A DNA stretch of 64,000 bases from Mobula hypostoma. Taxonomy: Eukaryota. Below are positions 1-13,502 of the stretch, in pieces. How positions within the stretch are numbered: position 1 is the first letter of the stretch; every line of letters begins with the position of its first letter. The position numbers and the translations under genes are program-made. Below the pieces are notes generated by a model. It was not told the origin of the DNA. It was given only the letters and a program-made list of their open reading frames with translations, and did no database searches. The stretch is taken from the NCBI RefSeq assembly GCF_963921235.1, contig NC_086108.1:6448001-6512000 (forward strand), in the 5' to 3' direction.

Positions 1-786
1 AAGATATGTTTAGTGGTAGAGTCCCTTTGGAAATGTTCAAGTTGTGGAGGATAATTATCAGAAAGCAGTTTTTCAGCCCATTGAGTTCTGCTAGCTCCTC
101 TGTTAGTCATCCCATTACCTTCTATTTTCCTGTGACTCTGCAAGTAACACTAAACTACAGTGACCAATTAACCTACCAGCTCATCTTTGAGATATAAAAT
201 GAAGCCAAAACACTTGAAGAAAGCTATACAGTCATAGAAAGAATTGCAAACTCTGTACTGTTGGTACCGGAGATTGGTCTAGCTTCTACAGTTTTTTTTG
301 TTTACAGACTAGTTACCTTGTATTACCAGTACATTTCTAGTCACTGCCCATTAAGTAGTAACAGTAGCAGCTGGGTTTAGGGTGGTGAAATGTAGAAGAG
401 AAAGTTATTGGAGTTATAATGAAAATAATCTGGCTTTGTTTCTCCTTTTTTCCTGCTAAAGAGGTATGGGTTAATAAGGTTTTATGTGGGCCTGTTGATA
501 CCAGAAGCATGGTGTCACTTTCCCCAGCACGTTTTCAGAGTGTGTTGGATATTGATGCAAATGATGCATTCACTCTATATTTTGATGTACATGTGACGAA
601 TAAAGCTAATCTTTATAACGTCCTTATTATTGGTCTCCCTCCATAATGTGTGTATGTTTGGTGAGCTACTTAATGTGCTTTTGAAGGCAGAGAAGTTAGA
701 TGGTTTGCATGTGGTCATAAAATAAAATTTCCCTCGTCTACTGTGTCCGGTGGTCCTGATGCGGCCTCCTGTACACTGATGAGAAC

Positions 787-1651
787 CAATGTTCCCTCTA
801 AGGTGTGCACGCGCACACATCCTAGCATACTAGCATACAAAAGGTTGTCACCCTCTACCTAGTTGGCACTTTAAGTGTATTTCACAATCATACACAATCA
901 CACTTCCTTCTCTGGTTTCTGACATGGACAGTGTTTACAACGTAGAGTTTTCAATGATTTGTCTGCAGATTTTAGAACTGGCTTATTTATGCTGTTTTTA
1001 TTGAAGAAATTATTGATGTCCTATGTCGAATTCGAAAGCAGCAAAGGGCATGAAGTTCAGAAGAACTGCTAGTTCATTCAAAGCAGAATGTCTTAGTGAA
1101 ACAGTAGAAACTGTTACACTGTAAGCTCATGAGATCAGGAACGTGCAGCTACCAGAAATATTTATGTACAAAACAGAAACTGGTGTTACCTGTGTGTATT
1201 GTCATGGTGCAAAAGTTGCTGACAAATTTGCGAAGTGGAGTGATATTTGGAAACTTGACTTTTTAAAGCATCATTTATCAAGGAAATCATATAGATGGTG
1301 TGCAAAAGCTCTGACGAGAATATCTTTCATTGCCTGCTACCTATGTTTTGTGAGAGTGCAGATGAACGAGAGTGAAAATGATCAACCCCAGAGGACATCA
1401 AAGTTCTTATTGAGAGTTAAAATAGATACTTCTGTACACTCAGTTGGACATGTGGGAAAGTATGTGAGAAATAAAACTCATTGGTGTGTATTATTTTATT
1501 TCTTTTAAACAAGTTAGTAGTTTATTATCCTTAGAATGGCTGCAGATTTACTTCCACTTAAAATTTCAGTGTGCACATATCACTGGGCAAAAAATTGCAC
1601 GGCACAAAGATTTTTGCACACACTAGTCATTATAAATTAGAGGGAACATTG
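787..1651 (+). mobile_element. Non-autonomous hAT-like DNA transposon with a zinc-finger remnant
   Basis: 15-bp TIR caatgttccctctaa / ttagagggaacattg; imperfect 8-bp TSD atgagaac / gtgagacc; ORF 1143 remnant CVYC...LKHH resembles a transposase N-terminal zinc finger. Confidence 0.75.
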
Positions 1652-1689
1652 GTGAGACCCCATCATAAATGAGGGGACCACTTCATCGA

Positions 1690-2215
1690 GCACTTCCAGT
1701 CCACCCACCAGAAGCTAAATCCCTGGTGGCCAAACATTTTAGTTCCAATTCCCACTCGACATGTCGGTACATGTCCTCCTCTTGTGCCAAGGTGAGGCCA
1801 CCCTCAGGGTGGAGGAGCTTATATTTTGTCTGGGTGGCCTCCAACCTGATGGCATGAATAAAAATTTCTCCTGGTTAAAACACGATTTCCCTCCCCCTCC
1901 TCTCTTCTTCTATTCTCCATTTTGGCCTATTGCCTCTTCTCACCCGCCCATCAGCTCCCCCAGGTCCCCTCGTCTCCTAAGATCCACTCTCCTCTCCTGT
2001 CAGCTTCTTTCTTCAACCCTTTAACTTTCCCACCCACCTGGCTTAGCTATCATCTTCTAGCTAGCCTCTTTCCTCACCCCACTCACTTTTTTTTAATATT
2101 CTGGCATCTTCTCCCGTACTCTCCTGTCCTGATGAAGGGTCTCAGCCCAAAACACTGACTATATATTTCTCACCACAGATGCTGCCAGACTTACTGAGCT
2201 CCTCCAGCACTTTGT
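1690..2215 (+). mobile_element. Penelope-like element 3' fragment (end of GIY-YIG region plus pLTR)
   Basis: Similar to 48300-48890 (VAKHF..., LQPDGMN); decayed ctgatgaagggtctcagcccaaaac motif. Confidence 0.75.
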
Positions 2216-2606
2216 ATTGATTATAATTTCTGTCAGACCTCACCTCAGCAAACACACTGTCTGCCTCTGCTTGTCTGCTGTCTACAAACTTGAGCTAGCC
2301 ATCAATTCTTTTGGCCACATTTCACACTGAGTTTCTGTCTGGTATTGGCTCTTGCTTTAAACTTTTTTCTCTTGTTCGCGAATCACTTCATGGTTTCCTC
2401 TTGATGCCTCTTTACCTTGTACAGTTATGGATAATAAGACACATGAGCAGAATTAGGGTGATTGGCCCATCGAGACCGTTGTGCCAACTGAATGAAGGTT
2501 TGTCACAGAAGATATTTGGTTATTTGGCCGTGGTGTGGTATCTGTGGTCTCCAAGGGAGAATCATCTAGACTAATCTCACTTTCTGGCTCTGTCTAGAAC
2601 CTAGAT

Positions 2607-3345
2607 CAGGGGTCCCCAACCTTTTTTGTATCGCGGACCGGTTTAATATTGACAATATTCTTGCGGACCGGCCGACCGGGGTGGGTGTTCAAGTAGGGTT
2701 AAACTCACCTCAACATGTCTTTTACAGTTAGGGTTGCCAACTTTCTCACTCTCAAATAAGGGACAGAAGTAGCAGTCAAATCCCGGGACACTTTACCCTG
2801 GGAAAGACTACCATGACCATGAAGCTTTGAGCAGGCACCTGTCGCGTACGTGCTGATTTTCCCCCCACAAGTTGGTTTTGCCTTCATCTTCCCGACTATA
2901 CTGTACATATGTTATTTCTACTTTATATAGGCTGTGTATTTATCATATCATTCCTGTTCTTACTATATGTTAGTGTTATTTATTTTCAGTTTTATATGTT
3001 ATTTGGTATGATTTGTTAAGTTATTTTTTGGGTCTGGGAACACTTAAAAATTTTTCCCATATAAATTAATGGTAATTTCTTCTTCGCTTCACGCCATTTC
3101 AGCAGGAAAGGTTTCATAGGAACGCTCTACCTTAGCGGGGGAAATATGGGAGAATGGCGGTCCCGTATAGGACAAACCAATTTAGCCCAATATACAGGAT
3201 GTCCCAGCAAGTACGGGACAGTTGGCAACTCTACGTTCAAGTTCAACAGTGTGTGACAGGGAATGAGGAAAGGTGCAGCTGACTCATATCGTTTTCTCAC
3301 GGCCCGGTAGCACGTGCTCTGCGGCCCGGTGGTTGGGGACCGCTG
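2607..3345. mobile_element. hAT Charlie-like MITE carrying a nested second hAT element
   Basis: TIR caggggtccccaacc / ggttggggaccgctg; 8-bp TSD acctagat / acctaggt. Confidence 0.85.
2694..3233. mobile_element. Nested hAT MITE with TAGGGTTGCCAACT-type ends
   Basis: tagggtt(...)tagggttgccaact on the left, agttggcaactcta on the right; 8-bp TSD tgttcaag / cgttcaag. Confidence 0.7.
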
Positions 3346-4531
3346 ACCTAGGTAATGATGTCAGTTGCACCTGTAAGGATGACACTATCTTTGAACTTGG
3401 CTAATTGGTCATTGTAAATTGTCCCATGATTAGGCTTGGGTTAAATCAGTGAATTGTTGTGAGGCATGGCTCGAAGGGCCGGAAGGACCTTTTTCTGTGC
3501 TGCATCTCCATAAGTGAATAAATATATGGTATCTATAGTGTGTGCTTGTGTATGCTTTTCTGTTTTCATCTGTGTGCGCGTGCGTATCTGTCTACAGACA
3601 AGGCATGCGTATGTGCACGCACACTCACTCCCAAATGTAAATGCTCACCACCAGTAGTTTTGTCTTAAGGTGTCTAATCACAAGATTCTGGAACAACCTC
3701 CTCATTTCCCCTGACTCCTTTGAGGCTCCTTACCCCAGTTCCAAGTTCTGCAGTGCAAACTTCTGTTTTTAATATAATACTGAAGTTCTTCAGAATGTTA
3801 GCTAGTTTGAAAAATGCAAGTATTTTGTTTGTCAGAATCGGGTTTATTATCACTGGCATGTGTCTTGAAATTTGTTAACTTAGCCGCAGTACAATGCAAT
3901 GTACTGTAAGTATTGCCAGCTATAAAATGTAAATATTTGTTTTAGACTGTGGTGTTTTTATTGGGTGGCAGGGTCGAGACTCATCTCTACCAAAGGAGGT
4001 GTAAGCGCTCCTTCCCTACGCTAGCCTGAGCAAGGTGTAGCAGCTGCTTAAAGCCCCCAGATCAGGGTCACATGTGGCCATGGGAGAGGTGGTGGATGGT
4101 TGTACCTCCTGTTTACGCAACCACTGACACCAGGCAGAGTATTGATAACAGTGGGGGGGGGGGGTCACCCATCTTGTAAAGACACTGCCCAAAAGAAGGC
4201 AATGGCAAATCACTTTTGTAGAAAAATTTGCCTAGAACAATCATGGTCAAAGGATCACAATGGCCCATGTCATACAACACTGCACATAACGATGATGGTT
4301 GTATTTATGGATGGCTGGTAAACAGTTGGGGTGTATGCTTCACTCTGTATTTTGAGGCTGATATGCTAATTGGCTAAATTGTACCTGAAGTGTAGGTGAG
4401 AGGTAGAGTATGAGGAGGATTAGTGAGAGTTGGGAGACAATAATATGGTTGGGATAGACTCGGTGGGCTGAAGGGCCTGTTTCTCGCTCTCTGACAAATC
4501 TATACTCTTTTCTCTTTCCTTCCCCATCTAG

Positions 4532-4598
4532 CGCAATCTAGAAGAAAATGCTGAGCTAATTGACGGAATAACAAGTTTTGAAGATTCTGTGCGTAAAT
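4532..4598 (+). CDS. EIF3K: EIF3K coding exon (equivalent to human exon 5), RNLEENAELIDGITSFEDSVRK
   Basis: Polypyrimidine tract ending ...ccccatctag, 67-nt exon, donor gtgagt; peptide matches human eIF3k QALDENMDLLEGITGFEDSVRK. Confidence 0.93.
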
Positions 4599-5829
4599 GT
4601 GAGTGCAAGTCATGATTAATAAGCTCCTTAGATTTTATTCTGATAAATGGGAAGAGGGAGTGGGACTGTGCAAGGGAGGCAAACTGGCTGATATTGTAAT
4701 ACATCCCAGATACCACTAGAATTTAAAACCTCTGTACTTTGATCTCTCTCTCTTTCTCTCGATGGTGGGGCCGAGTTTGCTGCTGATGCTTGTGTCGGAG
4801 GATTTAGGTTGGGAGGGAGGGGAGCAACACGGCGGACTTTAACATTGCTAACAGTGAGTTGTTTTCTGTCTTTTTAATCTCCCCTTTCACTGTGTGACAC
4901 CTCTGTCCCTTGATTAGGGGGGAGGGAGAGAGAGAGCCTGTGGCATGCCGAATTTGTCGAGGTGAACGATTAATTTTTTGTCATACTGCAGATTATGGTC
5001 TCTCTTTGGGGGTTTTACTATTCCTTGCTTGGTGAGTGGTGGGTGCTGCTGCATTTTACTGAAATAAGTGGAGGGGGAGGTTGATGCTTTGCAGCTGCTT
5101 TTGCATGAGGAGGGTATGTGGGGGGGCTTTGGGGTTCCGATGTCTTTACTGTCACTCATTCTTTGGAATACTCTTCTGTTTTTCTTGGATGCCTGCAAAG
5201 AACAAGAATTTAGGTTGCATAATGTATACATTCTGATATTAAATGGAACCATTTGAAACCAGTAAACTGCCTGTGTTATCGAGGATATTGTGAAACAACA
5301 TATCTATGCAAGTGTAAAAAACAGCAGCAGACATTTGTATGGCTCCTTTAAGATCCCAATGTCCTTCACAGGAGCTTAACTCTTTATTGAAGAATTGTGA
5401 TCCACAGTCATCACTGGACTTGATTACTTAGGAAGTCACTATTTTTAATTGATGTCTGCTTTTTCAATACTAAAAATTGACTTAGAGCATTTTGGCCAAA
5501 TGGTGCAAGCTGAATCATCAGTAAGACAAAGGTGATGGACTTTGGGAGTAATTGAACCCTGGTCATGATTGTTAGTGTTGTAAAGTGTTATGGTAACTGC
5601 TACACCACAATGCTGCCCTGTTTTACAGCCAGTGAAGACCTCCTGAACTGTAGGCACTGGTATGATGTAGGGAACATGGAGTAGTAAGCTGTCACAAATT
5701 CCAATATAATTACCGCCAGATCTATTTTAATGATGAACAAAGATTACTCTGAGCTTCGATGCCTCGAGCTGTAATAGTGTAAAGACGTTGCTTGCATAGT
5801 GTCCTTTCTGAAGTTTTCAACTCCTAATT

Positions 5830-8320
5830 TGTGAACTGGTGGCACAAATTAGTACAAAGAGGTATGATTTAGTGGCCATTACAGAGATGTGCTTGCAGGG
5901 TGTGGAGGACTGGGAATTAAATATCCAAGGGTATCAGGTAATACGGAAGGATAGGCAGGAAGGTAAGGGAGGTGTGGTAGCGCTCTTTATTGAGGATGAG
6001 ATCAGGGCAATAGTGAGAGCCAATATAAGATCTAAGGAGCAGAATGTTGAATCCATCTGGATAGAGATTAGGAATAGTAAAGGGGGAAAAAACCACTGGC
6101 GGGAGTTGTCTATCGGCCATCGAATAATAACATTACAGGCAATAAACAGAAATATCTGAGGCATGTAAGAATGGAACAGCGGTTATCATGGGGGATTTCA
6201 ACTTTCACATAGATTGGATGAATCAAGTTGGTCGAGGTAGTCTTGAGGAGGACTTTATAAAATGAATTTATGATGGCTTTCTTGAATAGCATGTTGCTGA
6301 ACCTACAGGGGAATGTACTATCTGAGATCTGGTACTGTGCAATCAGACAGGTAAAGTTAATGATCTTGTCGTTAGGGATCCTCTTGGAAAGAGTGGTATG
6401 ACTGAATTTCTCATACAAATGGAGGGTGCATACAAAGTCCCCAAGAGTAGTGGGAAACTGAAAGATTAGGAAAACGTAAAAAAACATCCAAGTACCACTA
6501 AGTAAGCAATAAAGAAAGGTAAGCTAGATTATGGAAAATAACCTAGCTCAAAATATAAAAATGGATAGTAAAAGTTTCTGTAATTATATAAAGCAGAAAA
6601 GGGTGGCTAAAGTGAATGTAGGTTCCTTGGGGGACGAGAAAGGGGAATTGATATTGGGTAATGAGGAAATAGCTGAGGCTTCGAATGACTATTTTGCGTC
6701 TGTCTTCACGGTGCAGGACACATCTAACATGCCAAAGAGAGATGTTATAGATGCGATGGGAGGTGAGGACCTTGATACAATAGCTACCACTAAAGAGGTA
6801 GTGCTGAGCAAACTTGTGGGCTTGAAGATAGACAAGTCCCCTGGTCCTGATGGAATGCATCCCAGGGTACTGAAAGAAATGGCAGAAGTTATAGAGGCTT
6901 TGGTGATGATTTACCCAAATTCTCTGGACTCTGGGCAGGACCCGGCAGATTGGAAGACGGCAAGTGTCACACCACTGTTCAAAACAGGATGTAGGCAAAA
7001 GGCAGGTAACTATAGGCCAGTTAGTTTAATATCTGTAGTTGGGAAAATGCTTGGAGCTACCATAAAGAGGGAAATAGCGAGGCATCTGGAAAGAAATGGA
7101 TCCATCAGGCAGACAATCATGGATTCAGCAAAGGCAGGTCCTGTTCTTTGAGGATATAATGAGCGCAGTGGATAGAGGGGAACAGATGGATGTTATTTAC
7201 TTGGATTTCCAGAAGGCGTTTGATAAGGTGCCACACAGAAGACTTATCGATAAGATAAGGATGCATGGAGTTGGGGATGATGCATTAACATGGATAGATG
7301 ATTGGTTAACTAATAGAAAGCAGAGAGTTGGGCTACATGGGTGTTACTCAGGTTGGCAATCTGTGGTGAGTGATGTGCCGCAGGGGTAGGTGCTGGGCCT
7401 GCAACTGTTCACAATATACATCAATGATCCAGAAGAGGGGACAGTGTAGTGTATCTTAAGTTTGCCGATGATACTAAATCGATTGGAAAGTCTGCAGAGG
7501 GATATAGATAGGTTAAGTGAATGAGCAAGGGTCTGGCAGATGGAGTACAATTTGGCAAATGCAAAGTCATCAACTTTGGAAGGAAAAATGAAGAGAAGAT
7601 TATTTAAATGGTGAAAAAATGCAGCATGCTGCTGTGCAGAGAGACATGGGAGTGCTTGTGTATGAATCACAAAAGATTGGTTTGCAGGTACAGCAGGCTA
7701 TCAAGAAGGCAAATGGATGAATTTAAGAGCAGGGAGGTTATGTTGCAACTGTACAGGGTACTGGTGAGGCCACACCTGGAGTACTGCAGGCCGTTCTGGT
7801 CTCCTTACTTGTGGAAGGATAGACTGGCTTTGGAGGCGGTGCAGAGGAGGTTCACCTGGTTAATTCCAGAGATGAGGGGGTAGACTATGAGGAGAGATTG
7901 AGTGGCCTGGGACTGTACTCGCTGGAATTCAGAAGAATGAGAGCAGATCTTATAGAAACATACAAAATTATGAAAGGAATAGGTAAGATAGAGGCAGGAA
8001 AATTGTTTCCCTTGGTGGGTGAGACTAGAACTAGGGGACATAGCCTCAATATTTAGGACAGAGATAAGGAGGAACTGTTTTTCCCAGAGAGTGGTGAGTC
8101 TGGAGTTCTCTGCCCAAGCAGTGGAGGCACTACCTCAGTAAATATATTTAAGACAAGGTTGGATAGATTTTTGCATAATAGCAGAATTAGGGATTTTGAA
8201 GAAAAAGCAGGTAGGTGGAGATGAGTCCATGACCAAATAAGTGATGACCTTATTGAATAGCGAAGCAGGCTCAACAGGCCAGATGGCCTACTCCTGCTCC
8301 TATTTCTTATGTTCTAATTC
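5830..8320 (+). mobile_element. CR1-clade LINE, decayed (endonuclease and RT fragments, internal deletion)
   Basis: ORFs 5839, 6531, 7096 and 7608 with KSPGPDGMHPRVLKE, NYRPVSL, YLDFQKAFDKVPH and RPHLEYC; CR1 3' tail. Confidence 0.95.
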
Positions 8321-8604
8321 AATATGAGCTACATATATTGCTTTATCCCACTTCCATTAATACACAAATGTAAAGATACTTTTATAAATAAGTAAATTAT
8401 GTTTGGAGGTTGTTGAATAAAAATTCAATCTGTTGCTGACTATACTGTACAAGATCTAGGATGCCTAACACTGCAAAACAAATTCTAGAATTCTGATTAG
8501 CTCAGAGAAGTGAATAATTTAAGGGAGACAAACAGTCTACAAATACTGCTGGGCTAAATTTAACAGAATACATTTAAAGTTCCTAAGCACTGGATAATCT
8601 GTCT

Positions 8605-8820
8605 GTTTATTGAGATACAACGCATAATAATAGGCCCTTCCAGCCTTCTGAGCCAAGCTGCCCTATAACCCCCAATTTAACCCTAGCCTAATCACAGGAC
8701 AATTTACAATTATCTGTTCAATAACCTGCCAACCAGTACATCTTTGGAAACTGGAGCACCCAGAGAAAAGCCGTGTGGTCATGAGAAGAAGGTACAAAAT
8801 CCTTACAGACAGCAGTGGGG
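8605..8820 (-). mobile_element. V-SINE/HE1-like SINE fragment
   Basis: Reverse complement of the central and tail region of the SINE at 9940-10230. Confidence 0.6.
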
Positions 8821-8904
8821 AAATGTCTGAAACATAGTGTTAGCAGCCCAGAATTTTAAGTTTGTACCCTATTTAATTCCTTCAGTCTGAGAGTTATTGT
8901 ACAG

Positions 8905-9290
8905 AGTTACTGGAGTTTAGAAGACTCGGGGTGGCGGGGGGGAATCTCATGAAACCTGTTGAATGTTGAAAGAGTGAATGCGGAGAAGGTGTTTCCAATT
9001 GTGGGGAAGCCTAGGATCTCAGACTACAAGGACAGCCCTTTAGAACAGAGATGTGTAGGAATTTCTTTAGCCAGAGGGCAGTGAACCTGGAGAATTCGTT
9101 CCCACATATGGCTATAGAGGCCAGGTTATTGGGTATTTTTAAAGAGGAAGATGATAGATTGTTCATTTGTCAGGGCATCAAAGGCTATGGGAAGAAGGAA
9201 GGAGAGTGGGGTTTGAGAGGGATAATAAATTAGCCAATATTGAGTGGCACAGCTAAATGGCCTAATTCTACTCCTGTGTCTTGTGACCCC
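8905..9290 (+). mobile_element. CR1 LINE 3' fragment
   Basis: RNFFSQRAVNL motif and CR1 tail. Confidence 0.85.
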
Positions 9291-9939
9291 AAGAGAGGAA
9301 AATATGGCTGTGTCCTCTGCCCATTCTCAGCATCTGCTTTGTTAAAAGGGAGCCCTTGCCTTGTCTAATTTGATGAATTGGTGATTCCAATGCTCTGTAT
9401 ACTTGGCTCAATGCCCTGTGGTTCAGATTTAACAGCAATCTGCATTATCCAAATAATCACTTTGCTACCAGTTTCTTGGTAACTAGGAGGTGCCACGAAT
9501 GCTCGTCAGTTTTGTGTAACACACACAAAATGCTGGAGGAACTCAATAGGTCAGGCAGCATCTATGAAGAAGGAATAATCAGGCAGGTACTTTGGGCCCA
9601 CACTTTCCATTAGTTCTGTGTACTCGATCCTTTTTTGTTATGAGCCCTCTGTCGGTTGGGGTCGACCACGGATGTTGTGTCCTAGCTCTTTAGGTATGCA
9701 AGCCTGGGTAGTACAATATGGAGAGCCCATGTAGCAAGCTCCCCCTCTTCACGTGTCTGATGAGCCCAAAGGAATGGCAGAGACCGGTGCAGTTTGGCAC
9801 CAGCAGCAACATAGGAGTTGCCAGTCGGCACTGAACTCAATGTAGGGGCTCTAGCTCCAGATTTTTCCCTTGGTGTTTACTCCTGAAGCCTTCCCCATGA
9901 GCGGGTATAGCTGCAAGGCAGCGGAGGTTTGAGATCAGA

Positions 9940-10230
9940 GCAGCATAGAAGTGTGGTGGTTAGCACAGCGCTTCACAGTACAGGCGACCCAGATTCAATC
10001 CTCTCCACTGCCTGCAAGGAGTTTGAACGTTCTCCACGTGACCGCGTGAGTTTCCTCTGGTCATTCCGGTTTCCTCCCACAGTCCCAATATGTCCTGGTT
10101 GGTAGGTTAATTGGTCATTGTAAATTGTCCCGTGATTGGACCAAGATGAAATCAGGGCATCGTTAGGCGGTGTGGCTCAAAGGGCCTGAAGGGACTGTTC
10201 TGCACTGTGTCGCTAAATAAATAAAAATAA
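9940..10230 (+). mobile_element. tRNA-derived V-SINE/HE1-like SINE
   Basis: tRNA-like head gtggttagc...gattcaatcc; central ggagtttg...ggtttcctcccacagtcc...ggtaggttaattgg; (taaa)n tail. Confidence 0.75.
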
Positions 10231-10599
10231 AGACAGGATAACGCTGCTCTCGCCCACGAGCTCTGCAGTGCACCTTGAAAGGACCTGGATCGTGGAGGAT
10301 AATTATACAGTTTTTCTTAAAATTAAAGTGTGGCAAAAGAAGCGGATATCATCTGTAGTGATAAATGATTTTGTATTAAGTTGTTACATAAAGGAAACAT
10401 GGCCAAAATAACTGATGTTCCAATGTACTTCCTCTAGGACAAGAGTAGCCAAACTAGGGTCCACAGACCTATCAGTGAATGGTAGAGATCTATGGCATAA
10501 TAAAAGTTTGGAAGCCCTGTACTAAGACTTAAGTAGTCTGCCTGGGATGAAACTGTCCTGTCAGGGATATGCCCTAACGTATTGGAATTCTTTCCGCAG

Positions 10600-10677
10600 T
10601 TATCTGTCACGTGGTTGGAATCACATATCAAACAATAGATAAGTGGCTGCTGGCTGAAATGTTAGGAGACCTGACAG
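10600..10677 (+). CDS. EIF3K: EIF3K coding exon (exon 6), FICHVVGITYQTIDKWLLAEMLGDLT
   Basis: Acceptor tttccgcag, 78 nt, donor gtaaga; near-identical to human FICHVVGITYQHIDRWLLAEMLGDLS; phase-compatible with neighbouring exons. Confidence 0.96.
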
Positions 10678-12049
10678 GTAAGAATCAATGCAGACTTGGG
10701 GGGGTTGGGACGTAAACTGTCGTAACCCCAGCAGGTACAGTACTTTGCGTCTATTTCTAGGGTCCCCAGGACTTTTGCACAATATCATATTCAGGAACAG
10801 CTTCTTCCTCTCTGCCATCAGATTTCTAAATGGACATTGAACACATGAACACTAATTCTCTATTTCTATTTTTTCACTTTTCTATATTTATCACGTTTTG
10901 CATTGTACTGCAGCCACAAAGTCAACAAATTTCACAACATATATCGGTGATATTAACCTGATACTGATTTTGCACGTTAGAGTATTTGCCAACATGGAGC
11001 AGAGTCAGTTTGTATACCTGGTGGTTTACAATGGATGTTGGGAATGGCGAGAGTGGAACGCCGCGAGAGGATTGTGGGACAGGTGGCAGAGAAGGAGTGA
11101 CAGGGGCAGGGGGTGCAGATACCCCCAGCACTGAGACACTAAGCAAGGTCATTTGGTTCCAAACAATTGGTTTATTGATCATTACAGAACGTCTCTCAGG
11201 TGCTTCCCACTCCCTTCCCTCCACTGTGCTACAAAAGTCTTAGCGCCCTACCTATATATGTGCCCAAGACTTTTGCACTGTACTGTAAGTTCTTTAGCAC
11301 TAAATTTAAATATAAAGCAATATACTACAAATGTATCAGAACTGTCTCCATTTTTACTCCTCCCCTCAAAGTTTCAATCTAACATTGATGTCCTGAATTA
11401 ATTTATTCTTTCTAAGGAGCCCAGGATTGTCGACTGCTCATTCCTGTTCTACTCCTTGTGGTCTTTCAGTGCTCCTGAATCACTTTCCCACACCTTAACA
11501 GCTAGAGCGAAGAAATTTTAAGACTGTCTTCCAAGGTGAATCCGTGTTTTCTGGAAGACAAAAGGAAACAGTCTTTTTTCCCTCCCAGTTACTCTCGACT
11601 GACTTCTTGCTATTGATTCCATTTACCTTTCTCAGAGTGAGGAGGGAGCTGTGCTCTGCCTTTCCACTAAACCACATCCACAGGATGAATTTTAGGGACT
11701 GTTTAACATGGGACAGTCCTTCCATCTTAGTTGGATTGTATTTGTTCGCTTCAATTTTTTGCATGATTTGTGTTTTATTTGTTTCTCTTGTGTATTGTGT
11801 GTTGGTCTTTTATTTTTATTTTTATTTTTTTTCCCCTTTAATTGGGTTCTTTCTTGTTTGTGGCTACCTGTGAGCAAGCAAATCTTAAGGTGGTATAACT
11901 TATATGTTCTTTGATAATAAATGTACTTTGAATCTTTGAATATCTTCCCTTCCATCCAGGTGAGGCTGTTGGTTTGAGAACATAGAGCATTAAAGCATAG
12001 TACAGACCCTTCAGCCCACAATGTTGGGCCAACCGATTTACAACTGTAA

Positions 12050-12595
12050 GATGTAGGAGCAAAATTAGGCCATTCAGCTCATTGAATCTGCTCCACTATT
12101 CCATCATGGTTGATCCATTTCCCTCTCAGCCCCAATCTCCCTTCTCCCCTTCATACCCTGACTAATCGGAATCTATCGACCTCTGCCTTAAAGGTGTGGC
12201 AACAAATTACACAGATTCACCACCCTCTAGACGGAAATTCATCATTTCTGTTCTAAGTAGACATCTCTTTATTCAGAGGCTGTGGCCCCTGATCTTAGAC
12301 TCCCCCACTATAGGATATATCCTTTCTACATCCATTCTATCGTGGCCTTTCAACACTCAATAGGTTTCAATGAGATCCTTGTCATTCTTCAGAATTCCAG
12401 TGAATACAGGCCCAGAGTCATCAAGCACTCTGCATATGATAAGCCTTTTAATCCCAAAATAATTTTCTTTGAACTCCCTCCAATGTCAGCACATCCTTTC
12501 TTAGATAAGGAACCCAAAACTGCTCACAATACTCTGAGGCTTCACCAGTACTTTATAAAGTCTCAACATTACGTCCCTGCTTTTATATTCTAGTC
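12050..12595 (-). mobile_element. CR1 LINE 3' fragment
   Basis: Reverse-complement CR1 3' end, similar to 41870-42465. Confidence 0.8.
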
Positions 12596-12984
12596 AAGAC
12601 TATTCCAAAATAAATCTAGCCCTTTCCTCCTGTATATTAATTTGGCCTGTTATAATAATGTTGAGCTGTATAATAGTTTACCCCTGGATTTCCATTTAAG
12701 AACCCAGGTTACTGTATTCCTGTTGACCTGCTGTTACAGCTTATATTGTTCACACCAGAATTAGCCCATAGAGTGTGCTCCGCCATTCCATCATGGCTGG
12801 TTTATGTGCCCTCTCCTGACTTCAGAGTGTAACCCTTGATGCTCTAATTATCCTCCGCTTTAAATTTACCCAAAGACCCCAGCCGTCTGTTTCAATGAAT
12901 TCCACAGATTCAACCCCCTCTCCCAATCACCAATGGCTCAAGAAATTCCTCCTCGTCTCTGTTCTAAATGGACATCTACAAGTA

Positions 12985-13502
12985 CATGTTCTACGAGTCT
13001 GTGGTGGCTAGTGCTATCATGTTTGCTGTTGTGTGCTGGGGCAGCAGGCTGAGGGTGGCAGAAATCAACAGGGTCAACAAACTCATTCGTAAGGCCAGTG
13101 ATGTTGTGGGGATGGAACTGGATTCTCTGACGGTGGTGTCTGAAAAGAGGATGCTGTCTAAGTTGCATGGCATCTTGGTCAATGTCTCCCATCCACTACA
13201 TAATGTACTGGGTGGGCACAGGAGTACATTCAGCCAGAGACTCATTCCACCGAGATGCAGCAGAGAGTGTCATAGGAAGTCATTCCTGCCTGTGGCCATC
13301 AAACTTTACAACTCCTCCCTTGGAGGGTCAGACACCCTGAGCCAATAGGCTGGTCCTGGACTTATTTCATAATTTACTGGCATAATTTACATATTACTAT
13401 TTAACTATTTATGGTTCTATTACTATTTATTATTTATGGTGCAACTGTAACGAAAACCAATTTCCCCCAGGATTAATAAAGTATGACTATGACTATGACT
13501 AT
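12985..13502 (+). mobile_element. Rex/Babar-like LINE 3' end, inserted in a minus-strand CR1 fragment
   Basis: ORF FYESVVASAIMFAVVCWG...SFLPVAIKLYN; AATAAA and (gactat)n tail; near-identical to the copy at 55170-55640 on the opposite strand. Confidence 0.8.

Noticed and set aside
3965..4090. HDV-like ribozyme at the head of a repeat that recurs at about 59400-59555
   Set aside because: Could not build a convincing nested double pseudoknot by eye; needs a covariance-model search
1..4500. EIF3K exon 4 (QEERPIRQILYL...-like)
   Set aside because: No matching peptide with splice sites found by eye; presumably upstream of the window
9940..10010. tRNA genes (also near 20440-20500, 49370-49440 and 51930-52000)
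   Set aside because: tRNA-like A and B boxes continue into SINE bodies and no complete cloverleaf is evident
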